From the NCBI RefSeq assembly GCF_036588685.1, contig NC_086384.1:42036001-42100000 (forward strand): 64,000 bases of DNA, written 5' to 3'. Below are positions 39,830 to 50,977 of the stretch, piece by piece. The notes under the pieces were generated by a model that saw nothing but the letters and a program-made list of their open reading frames with translations, was not told the origin of the DNA and did no database searches. Source of the stretch: Mytilus trossulus (taxonomy: Eukaryota). The position numbers and the translations under genes are program-made. The first letter of the stretch is position 1; each line of letters begins with the position of its first letter.

Positions 39830-41805
39830 ATAGCATCTAGGTTTGTATTGTGTTAATGTTGTTGTTGGTTTTTTTTTTGTTTTTCTTTATATTTCTACAT
39901 AATTGTCTTTGTCTCTATTTATGTGACCTTCAACTCATGCAGCTTGTGTTACTTGCACTTCAATGGTCTTCAACTTCGTAGTTTATTTGGCCTTTTTAAC
40001 TTTTTTGAATTCGAGCGTCACTGATGAGTCTTTTGTGGACATAACGTGCGTCTGACGTATGTACTAAATTTAGTCCTGGTATCTATGATGAGTTTATTTA
40101 TTTTAAACCAACTTTTTTAGCGTATTCCTTATTTCGCGTTTAGCCCTTTCCAGTCCAACTCGCAGCGATTTAATTTCGCTATTCTCAAATTTACTTGATG
40201 TAGTTAAGTAAGAAATAATGAAAATTTTACATAAATTTGCGGCGATTTATATTCACGACATTTTTTCTACTCTCTAAAGTCGCAAAAACAAATTGCTCGC
40301 GAAAAAAAGTTTGTTTACAGTATGTGTATGTTGTATTCCTTATTTGCTTTAAGTAGGTGCATGATAACATATCAGACACAATTTACAAACTGAACTATAA
40401 TCTTCATGACATGCATCAGTTTCTGGTAATGCAAATAGGCCATATGACAATTCCTGTAATTGACCCTGTAGTTAGAGACTTTTTTAGCTGTCTCCCTTAT
40501 GAGGGACATTATTATTTATTGATAATGAAGAGCAAACAGAAAGAGCAAATTTACTTGTGCGTAATGGGAGTAATTTTTAAGTTTTGAAATCTTTAATTTC
40601 ATTAATGTGTTGTTTACCTTAATACTTAAAAATTAGTTAAACTGCCGATACATTTTTTCAATTCATCATAATTTGCATTGGCAAAAGCCAACATTGTCCG
40701 GTATAGAACCAGTCTACGATTGACAAAGGCAAATAATTTGTTTAAAAGTGTGTAATAACACAATCAATTCGGTAATTGGCAAATGGAATAGAAGCTCAAC
40801 TTGTGAAGTAGTTAAAACACAAAAATTACGCTATACTTTTGAATATAATACGGCAAGGTAAAACATCTATATCTTCTAATTCTTATTGGCGATAAGAGGG
40901 TAATAATGCCCTCTACCGTCAGGTGTCAACATATCCTTATTGGAATTTGTCAGAAGTGTCCAATAATTATCATTATCGTTTTTATTTTGTGAGAAATTTA
41001 AACATGATTCGTCAAAAAAGTCATTTTTTATCATTTTAATGATAGTGTACATTTTATCGTCATGCACCAAAAATTAACGTTATTTGGCAAAAAAAAAATT
41101 TGAACGTTATTCAACAAGCTACCCCCATTGCAACCATATAAAAAGTGTATCTCATATGCATCATAGATTTGTAACACTTATTTAACACGACGGGTGCCAC
41201 ATGTGGAGCAGGATCTGCTTACCCTTCCGGAGCACCTGAGATCACCCCTAGTTTTTGGTGGGGTTCGCGTTGTCAGTTTGTTTTAGATTGATGAGTTTGA
41301 CTGTCCCTTTGGTATCTTTCGTCCCTCTTTTATTTATTAGTCTTGAATATATCCAAAAACAAATGTTCATCATTGCTGTACTGAGAAGATAAGAAACATC
41401 TGGTTATCAATGAACTCCTGTGTCCGCGTTTACATTATTAACTTTCTGTTATGTCCTGTCCGTGAAAAGCTTCATATACAGCATTTACAAATTGATAACT
41501 CATTTGAAAATTTTACATTATTTGAACTATTTGATATGCTGAAGATTCAATACTTAACTAGTTTCACCAAAAGAAATAAAACACGCACATAAACACAAAT
41601 AAAGCTGAAGATTAACTGATACCTTCCTTGTTATTCATTTTATCATAGTCAAAAGAATTCCAACAAATTGATAAATTTTGTTTGCAAAATAAGTGATCTG
41701 TTACACAGTAGATTGGAAAAAAATATAATACATTGTGTAGAAACTTAGCACTTTGAGTGGATGGTATGAAAAAGGGGTGTGAAAAGATATATTTTGAAAC
41801 AAATT

Positions 41806-41974
41806 NNNNNNNNNNNNNNNNNNNNNNNNNNNNNNNNNNNNNNNNNNNNNNNNNNNNNNNNNNNNNNNNNNNNNNNNNNNNNNNNNNNNNNNNNNNNNNN
41901 NNNNNNNNNNNNNNNNNNNNNNNNNNNNNNNNNNNNNNNNNNNNNNNNNNNNNNNNNNNNNNNNNNNNNNNNNN
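41806..41974. other. assembly gap (N run)
   Basis: Run of N. Confidence 1.
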
Positions 41975-41994
41975 TCATGCTTTTTAAAAAGATT

Positions 41995-43083
41995 TTAACA
42001 CGATTTACATATATGCAAACGCTTCAAAATTTTAAAAACTCTACTTCTAAATTGTCCGTTAAGCCAACTGAATAAACAAAAATTGATTGGTATACTTAGA
42101 CCAAAAAAAAGTCTACTGATGGTACTAAGGATTTCTAAGAATATGTGTATAGATTCAGTCAATGGTAAATCTGTGTATACCATAATGGTTAATGAAATGT
42201 CAGGTATAACGAATATGACATAAAGTAATGTTGCAATTAATGTTACCTTTGAAAGTCTTATGTCTGATTTTTCTCTTTCTGTGCTCTCTACGTTCAGACT
42301 TTTTCGGGTCTTAATCTGCTGTTTTAATAGTCGATGAATGCATACAAACAAAATAGTCATAGATATTCCAGGTATCATGTGTTGTACTATATCATTAATA
42401 ATCGTAATGATAAATTTTGAAAATCTATATGTTTTAAATACGTTGTTATCAGTAAAAACAAAAGACTTGCGGCATACTTCATGCACTTCATATGTTGCCT
42501 TATCGAGTACTGTTGCTTTTTCAAATTTAACATTGACTAAATAGAATATAGTAGATATAGAACATCCTAAAAATACTGACAATGTTATAAACAATACACT
42601 TGCCTTTGTATTAACAATAATTTTAAATCTCAAAGGCTTGTAAAGCATAATAAAAACCGTTAATGTTTGACCAACTTTAAGCCATTGTGCAATCGTGTGC
42701 AAACACATTGGAAGAAAGGTAAATGCCGCTTCATAAACGTAACATAATTCATATTTAAGGTAATTGTCTGTTGTCGAGATAACCGTTATCAGGGCTATAT
42801 TCTGCACTACTAACGCTGCTAGGTCGAGACTAGTATATGCTGCCATTAGTCCAAAGTTTTTCTTGTGATTTCCTATCCAGACAAGGTTCAACATTAGTAT
42901 CATCCAAATCACCAGGAAAAATATGAAAACAGGTTGCCAGTAAAGATAATATGCTATGGTACTGTCCCCGAATGTCTTTTTTGGAGAGTAAAAAGCGTCT
43001 TCCTGCATCTGTAGAACAGTTTTTACATCAGGAACACTTTGAAACACAGACATTAACCATGCTGTAACGTTTAACGGTAGCAT
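41995..43083 (-). CDS. Orphan class A GPCR, copy 2 (paralog of 19760-20836)
   Basis: 362-aa intact ORF colinear with copy 1 (AFYSPK, TIAYYLY, AYTSLD, KYELCYVYEA, QWLKVGQ, YKPL.FK.IVNTKASVL, FIITIINDIVQ, LSIPINF.LFSWL.GQFR); tttcAG acceptor 13 nt upstream of the ATG. Confidence 0.88.
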   Translation of the reverse strand: MLPLNVTAWLMSVFQSVPDVKTVLQMQEDAFYSPKKTFGDSTIAYYLYWQPVFIFFLVIWMILMLNLVWIGNHKKNFGLMAAYTSLDLAALVVQNIALITVISTTDNYLKYELCYVYEAAFTFLPMCLHTIAQWLKVGQTLTVFIMLYKPLRFKIIVNTKASVLFITLSVFLGCSISTIFYLVNVKFEKATVLDKATYEVHEVCRKSFVFTDNNVFKTYRFSKFIITIINDIVQHMIPGISMTILFVCIHRLLKQQIKTRKSLNVESTEREKSDIRLSKVTLIATLLYVIFVIPDISLTIMVYTDLPLTESIHIFLEILSTISRLFFGLSIPINFCLFSWLNGQFRSRVFKILKRLHICKSC

Positions 43084-43569
43084 ATTTATGAAATACCTGA
43101 AACAATAAGAACATGTGCGTTAATTAAAAAAACACGTTCAAATAAAATTGAGAAAGGAAATGGGGAATATGACAAAGCGACAACAACCCGAACATAGAGC
43201 AGACAACAGCCAAAGGCCAAAAGCAGGTTAATCAGTACGGTATCACCAGGATCTCTCAAAACCTACACGTGAAAGGTAAAAATGAATAATCACATAGAAA
43301 CGTTAGGATCTATATGACCACAAAACGCAACGTGAATCATTTTGATTTACAGACTACCAACACGGAAATGTTAATGTAAAGCCTAACATAGCTTGACGAG
43401 TTGGGTTCAACGAGTTTAGTTCCATTTGATATTTAGCCAAACTTTTTCATACTTGTAAAATGAGAACTGCCACATAAGCAAACTAAAAGTTTTATATCAA
43501 AATTGAAATCAATGTATCGATGGTAATTTTTTTAACTATGGCAAAACATGGGAGAAACTTAAAAAAAAA

Positions 43570-44306
43570 AACCTAGAGGCTCTAAAGGACCTGTGTTGCT
43601 CACCTTGGTTATGTGCATATTAAGCAATGGACACAGATGGATTCATGACAAGATTGTGTTTTGGTGATGGTGATGTGTTTGTAGATCTTACTTTACTGAA
43701 CATTCTTGCTGCTTACAATTATATCTATCTATACTGAACTTGGCCCAGTAGTAACAGTGGAAAATATTTTTCAAAAGTTAACAAAAAATTTATAAAATTT
43801 ATGAAAAACTGTTAAAAATGGACTATAAAGGGCAATAACTCCTTAATACATCAATTGATCAAATTTATCATGTGACTGAATTGTTGATCTAACTTTGCTC
43901 TGCATGGCTGTTTACAGTTTATCTTTATCTATAATAACCAGGAGCTGCAATTTTTTTTATACTACCAATTCAGGTGCAGCAACCCAACAATGGGTTGCCT
44001 GATTGGTCTGAAAATTTCAGGACAAATACATTTGACCTGATGAACAATTTTATCTATGTCGGATTTGCTCTTAATGTTTTGGTTTCAGAGATATGATAAA
44101 AAAAAAACTGCATTTACCCTATGTACTATTTTAGCCATGTTTGCCATCTTGGTTCGCGGGCAGGGTCATCAGACACATATTTTGAACTACATACTCCATT
44201 GATGGTTGTGTTCAAGTTTCATTAAATTTGTCTCAGTAGTTTCAGAGGAGAAAATTTTTTGTAAAAGTTAATGACGACGGACCTTTGTGCCAGGTGAGCA
44301 AAAAAA
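43570..44306. mobile_element. HINE/Helentron-like non-autonomous element
   Basis: Starts aacctagaggc...gctcacct and ends gacgacggacctttgtgccaggtgagcaaaaa (subterminal inverted gctcacct/aggtgagc, microsatellite remnant, terminal hairpin). Confidence 0.6.
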
Positions 44307-44389
44307 GAAGACACAACACAAATCAGTTCATTAAACAACATGGATATCATCTTGTAAAAATCAGCCGAACGTTCGAATCACCTTCTATT

Positions 44390-44715
44390 CACTAGTAACC
44401 CGAATTTAACTTGATCGGACAAAAACGTGTTAACGCTATTTAAATGAGATTGATCGTTATTTGATAAAGATTGACAAAAATTAAAAATTATATTTAATTC
44501 ATTTCAATTCATATCAATTCATTTTAACGCCAGTCAAATAGATTTCTCTGCAGTCGATCAATTGAAATCAAGTTAGTGGTTAGTTGCGTCAAACTAATAG
44601 GCCACGCCCCTGTTAAGCTATTTCAAACATGCATTAATTCGTTTTAAACATGGATGAGACCCGGGCTTTTTACAGGTAAATCACTCAAGCAAAACGACCT
44701 CGATGTATCTATCGT
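44390..44715 (+). repeat. Left TIR (326 bp)
   Basis: cactagtaacccgaatttaac...gatgtatctatcgt; reverse complement of 59394-59719. Confidence 0.95.
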
Positions 44716-47700
44716 AAGTAACGTGTGGTCCTTTGCAACTATTTACGAAACTTTATGTATTCCTGTTTATTTACCGTTTCTCTTTTTTTCTGTTTACTAT
44801 ATTGTACTCGTATATCAAATGTAGACACGGAAAACTACACAGAAATTATTTATTGTGTACATAATTTAAATCGATGTGTCTTATATTTCCGGGAAGCAAC
44901 ATGATATATTCATTCTCTTGCTGTATATTGATATTTGGAAAAGATTGTAATGAAAAACAAGATATTGTTGAATAATAAAATTGACGAAGATAATTTTGAC
45001 GTTGAATATGATAAACAGAAAGGCATGCTCAAATTTCTAAATGAAGTAGCAGCCCACTGAACTTTTAAAACTGTGTTAAATTGTAATACCGGTCACTGGC
45101 CAAATCGGGCGTTAATTGTGGAAGAGAAACAATTAAATATCAAACAAAAATATTGTTCTTACGATTCTGTAAAAAGATTATTGTGCTGTCATGCACCCTG
45201 GCGTACTTGTAATAAATGAACATGTATTCTGTATATATGAGATAAATTTTAGTCTGCGATAAAGATGGGTAAGTTGATTTAAGTTTAACGACCTTGCATA
45301 TTGACAGGCTATTTGTCGGCATACTCTTACGTTTTTTAATGTTTTAAAGAAAACATACATTTACGTATTGGGCATTTAATATAAGTCTACTTACTAAATT
45401 GAAATGAACATAAACATTGTTAAAAAAAACAAAAAATTGAAAAGAAACAGTCTGCATTGTTGCTTTCATATAATTTCATTTCCTATATATTTGAGCGGAA
45501 ATTTCTAAGTTAAAACTGATTGTAGTATAGATAAAATATTTCATCTAGGTGCTCTCGTTGAAGTTCTCTCGTTACATATTAAAATGAATTCCATTGGTCG
45601 GAACGTTTGCAAACTTTCAATCCAGGTGTTCTCAACGAGGTCCGCGTTCATGTTTCAAATCAAAACACAATAAGAAGTCCAGTTCGGCAATAAGAAATAA
45701 AATTAAGACTCTACGAAATCCGATTAAACAAACAGAATTTAGAAAAATAACATTTTTACGATTCTTCCAATCACGACAAAAATATCTATCTTTTTCTCCG
45801 ATGAAAATCATTACTTTTTATATTAGAACAAGTCAAAAGTTGCCGGAGCTTGATTATGATGCATGCGAAACTTAAATAAATAATTATCCGGTTTGTATTT
45901 TTCAAAATAACTATTACATCCGATAAAAATCGAAAAATAAATTATCGGTAAAAAATACCGATTTTTCTATGAGACAAAAATTATCCTTATTGGAGTCAAA
46001 TTTGTAATAAAGGACAAACCATATCCTCGTGTTTTTTTTTATGCAGCACTAGTAAGCATAGTTCGTCTGTTCGCTTCAAACCAAGCCATCATAAATACAC
46101 CAGAGATTACTAAAATGAAAGTCTTAATTTCATTGAGATTTTTTTGTAGGTATTAAGCTTCAATTCGACCATTGAATTTTTCAGAATTACGAAAAATATG
46201 TTATAATCCTTGATCTTCCCGAAGCTTATACTTCGTTCAGTAGATTGTATGGATATTTTTTTTAAAGAAACACTGGTCTGTTACTGCAAAAAAAAACGAT
46301 TTTTGTTTGAAGTAACGAATGTCATTCTTACAAAAAAAGAAAGTTTTCGTGTTTTAGGTCGTCCTGATTCAAACGTAAAAGTTGAAATAAAAATTACACT
46401 CCTAGATTACACTAAAGTCATTTCGCTAGCACACATGGGACTATATTTATTAATCGTTCATTTGCAAGTCAAAAATAATAATTATGCAAAACAAATGATA
46501 AAACTTCCCAATTTAAAATTGAGAAAAATCCGACAGGAAACCAAAGTACAAAGGTACAGCATTTATTTAAAAACAATCTCCATCCAACTTCAAAATGTGA
46601 GGTAAATCGATTAGCTTACGCTAGCCAAGCAACCAACAGACAAAATAAATCTTGCCTCCTCGATGAAGACTATCTATAGACACGGAATAAAAAAATAAGG
46701 AAATAATAGCATGTTAGATTGGTTACAAACACATTTATGCAAACATGAAGCAGCGGTTTCTTTACTGAACTGGTCAGTGGTAATATAAAACCAGGGTTTC
46801 AAAAAGATGAAGAAAAAGAAAAAGACATTTAAACATGTTAAAATTTATTTAAAAGCAAATCAGAAATTGTGTTTAACTGAAATTGAAAAAAAAAAGGATC
46901 ATAATAGTCTCCATGCGTGATCCATGCATGTCTCTGAATTACTTGTCTTTTGTGCATTTACTTTCCTACAAAATGACTATAGTATAAGTGTTAATTTTCA
47001 TTTGTAAATGTCTGGTTACGCAATGTCCACCAATATACAGACATTGTGCGAAAAAATATAGTTTAGAAGATATGGTTCTATGCTGAATACAGAAAACATA
47101 TAGTCGTTTCTTCATGAAGAATTGAACTCTAACATTACAGAATACCAAACTGGCTCTCCTTTTTTAGTATTTCCATCTGGTGTCTTACATTTAAGGATAT
47201 AACTTGTATTAAGTCGTGTCGACTAACTGTCAAGACAGACGCCTTTATAGAAAATAAAGGAATATGGAGTAAAAGTACAAGGGACCTTTAATATCGAACA
47301 CAAAGTCAGAGCTTAACAAAAATACAAATTATCAATGGTCAGCGTTTTATTCCTGTTCATCTTTATAGTCGCTAGAGGGTCTTCAACAATGAAAGAATCA
47401 CTTGTTTACGGGAAGAACAAAACGACAATAGCAAGAAAGGATCTGATAATGAATAATTTGATTTTCTGTCTCAGGACCTGCGCATATATAAAATACTTGC
47501 CACTGAACATTGAACCAAGTAAAATCAATACACATCGTTTCATATATAAAAATCAATCTACAGATGATAAAGCATTTCTTTGTTGGTAGACTCCCTTTTT
47601 TGGGAGTTGAACACTGTGCGTGACAAATTTCTTCTCATGGGAAGATATATTTTTCCCATGGGAATATTAGTTTTTTCTTTTATTTTTTCAGAATTTGTAA

Positions 47701-48420
47701 AAGTGCTATGAAATATCGACATGGACTGACGATCACTAGTAACCAATGACTGGAACAATTTAACACGCATTTCAATAAATTAAAAGTATTTCTATCATAC
47801 TTTTACACTCAATAGTCATTTTTTTTTATCGTTGAATGATTGATAGAAATTCTACCGTTCAGCGGCTGATTTTACAATTTGAATCTTTCACCTTGGTTTT
47901 CGGTCAATATCATCGTGAATTTCATGTAATAGTGTTCGCTGAACTGCCAAGTATCAGAAACATGTCTTTTGAATTTCAGAATTTAATTTAAGAATCAAAA
48001 ATTATAATTCTGTTTTAATCTATATACATGGGGAATGACGAATCGTATTTTAGATTGTTTTCTAATTATAACCTTATAATTTCGTGAATTTACATCATAA
48101 TCATTATGAATGTACTTATTCTTTTTCGTCTACGTAACTCGATATGCGTGTTTTCGCCACTAGAAAGATGTGCACTTACATTTTTTTTGTTCAAATTTCT
48201 TATCATGCTTATGCAATGTTGTAACTCGTCTACACGAATATCTTTTATTTCAGTTCATTTTTGGCAAACACCTCGGAAGTCTTTTCTAGATCTCGGGTAA
48301 TTATCAAAGAAAATCCAGAGTTTTGCATTTACAAGGACGCGTACGGATGATATTTGTGATATATTCACTTGTACTTTACCCGTAGGCTGTCTTCGTGTAC
48401 TGTAATTTATGGTTTAACGG

Positions 48421-48810
48421 AATACAAATACTTTATTTCTCATAAAACTTCAATTGCTAGTTATCAAGAACATACATAAACATAACTATAAGGTAAAATT
48501 ATTACATGCATGTGTAAACGATACAATTAAATTAACTTGGAGAACTGACTTTCACATTTATAACTTTTACATAGTCTTTCTAATATTACAATATTTGATA
48601 AGTTTAACTGTTGAACAGCTTTAGAGATATAAGGGTTTGACTAACAGTAGTTTCTTAAACATTTCCTTCTTTTTCTATAGTTTAAATATTTTACAATTCA
48701 TAATGTAATGGTACTCGTCATCAATGTTGTTTGTGTCACAGAGACGGCATATTCTGTCTTCTCTGTGTAAATCCTGACACCTTCTAGACTCAATCGGCAA
48801 CTACCACATC
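48421..48810 (-). mobile_element. 3' relic of a non-LTR retrotransposon (LINE)
   Basis: LPIESRRCQDLHREDRICRLCDTNNIDDEYHYIMNC, a C-terminal CCHC-type motif typical of LINE ORF2; aataaagtatttgtatt tail. Confidence 0.75.
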
Positions 48811-50009
48811 TATATCTCGGCGTTTTGCATTTGCGCCGTAATATATGAATTTAGAAAGGTAAAAAGGAAAAGTAGTTTTCAAATTGATAATTCTTTTTGA
48901 AAATACGACATTATGTTTTATGCGATTCTGCAATAAAAGCAAAGAATTCTTCTTGAAACTGGTCTTTGGGTTTTTGTTTAATACATTTTGACACCCATTT
49001 ATCACAAACTGTGCACACTGAGGACGGATAACTAATATACGTCCTTGCTGTGCATTATAATTCAAAATAGTTGTAATTTGCAATTGTTTTAAATTTGTAT
49101 TTTTTCCTCACTAGATAGGTGAAAGTATGTATAAAATTTAATGTAAATTGCGAAAATGCATTACGAGCATTGATCTATACTTTTAAGTTAGAATTTAGAG
49201 TCTCAACTTTTTTCAAAATCTCTGTAATATTACCCATGTATAATTTATGTTTATGTCAAATGCGTTTGATTGGATAATAATTAAAGGTAGGCGTGGTTTT
49301 GGTAACTTTCCTCCAATCAACTGGCCTATTCGACAAACCTGTGTGCGCTGATGCGTGTAAACTGGGTATTGTAACGGTACGTGTCTTACATCAGAATCTA
49401 TCGTGCGTAACCAATGTTTATTGTATTATTTCTTGTCATGTGGTCAATTTATCTGAAAAAGTTCCAAAGGTTACAACTTTTTGAAAGTTTTTTTTGGCAG
49501 AAACCAACAGCACTATTTGACGAAGACGAAGACGAAATAAAGGATTAAATTTTAACGTCCAGTGACATATAATTACAATGATGTCGAAACAGAACTTGAA
49601 ATTGACAATATGTTTTCATAGAACCGTCGCTTTTCCAAAGATTTCACGCTTAGTTGCTATTTCACAACTTCAAGTTCGCATTATAGTTATACTGTAATAC
49701 ATGTACAAATAACTAATAATAAACAAATTCTGATGATTTCTGCCACTGTTCTAGGACTTTTTAGATGTAATATAAATCTGTGATTTTTCTATATTCGTAC
49801 TTTCGACGAAGCAAAGCAAGTTCGATCTAGATCTGGACATTTATGCATTAAACATTTACAATATTCAATAGTTGTACAAAAATTTTGTAGAACATGTAGA
49901 AAAATCTGCCTTTTCGGATAAAATCTTAATTTACGTACCATTATAATATTCAGAATGGAAATGGGGAATGTGTCAAAGAGACAACAACCCGACCAAAGAA
50001 AAAAAAACC

Positions 50010-50977
50010 GGCGTTTTGCATTTGCGCCGATCTGCATTTCATTTGCGCCGATTTTTTCTTTCATTTGCGCCGATTTTATTTTTCATTTGCGCCGATTTTT
50101 TTACAGGTAAATAACAGGTAAACTACAGGTGAAATGATATAGATGTGGTATGAGTGCCAATGAGACAAATCTCCATCCAAGTAATGTTAGTTTCATTTAT
50201 CATTAAAGACCTATTCCGTTAGCCAGTTGTACATATGTTATGAATTGTCATGCAATCATAACATGTATATAACTGTTGTCTCCTGCTTAAACTCAAGAAG
50301 TAAAAACCTAAGATAAAAGCACTTTGTTTATAATGACGAATTAAAAATATATGTACAATATTCAAATCCATAAAAACGGAATACATTCAAATTATAAATC
50401 TGTTCTTTCCGAGTATGTATAGGCAACACATCTTTCTTATGATTCCGTCTCTTCTATTTTTGGCGTAATTGTCGATAATGAAGGCCACCTTTTCTTTGTC
50501 TGACATACATGTACGTACTGGTGGGGCATTTCTAGAGAAAGCATTTTCTCACAAGGAAACTATTCAACCAAGAGTTCCAAATGGTGAAGTTAAATACATC
50601 CCTTCGTTAATTTTATGGACGCTATCTCGAATTGGTTGACCGTTATGCCGAATGTGTAATTGTACGTTGTCTAAGAATGTATGACATTTGTCATCAGAAG
50701 GAGCGGAGCGTCAGGCAATGTCAAACGTGAAGCAATCATCGATTTCATTTAGGGAAAGGAATAGTAACCCGAAACATTGGGATAGCCATTTACCAATTGC
50801 AATGTCACTTGATTTGTCTTTATACTCTCTGCTCAGCCAATGTAAAAGTATGAACTTACCTGTAACTTACCTGTAAATCCAATTAGGAAAAAATATAAAA
50901 TCGGCGCAAATGAAAAAATGAAATCGGCGCAAATGAAAGAATGAAAAATTTTAAAATCGGCGCAAATGTCATACGCC
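50010..50977. mobile_element. MULE-like MITE with internally repetitive TIRs, nested in a dispersed repeat
   Basis: GGCGTTTTGCATTTGCGCC ... GGCGCAAATGTCATACGCC; 4 left and 3 right copies of catttgcgccgat; 9-bp TSD aaaaaaacc / caaaaaacc; host repeat (aatggaaatggggaatgtgtcaaagagac...aggtcttcaatgta) resumes on both sides. Confidence 0.75.
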
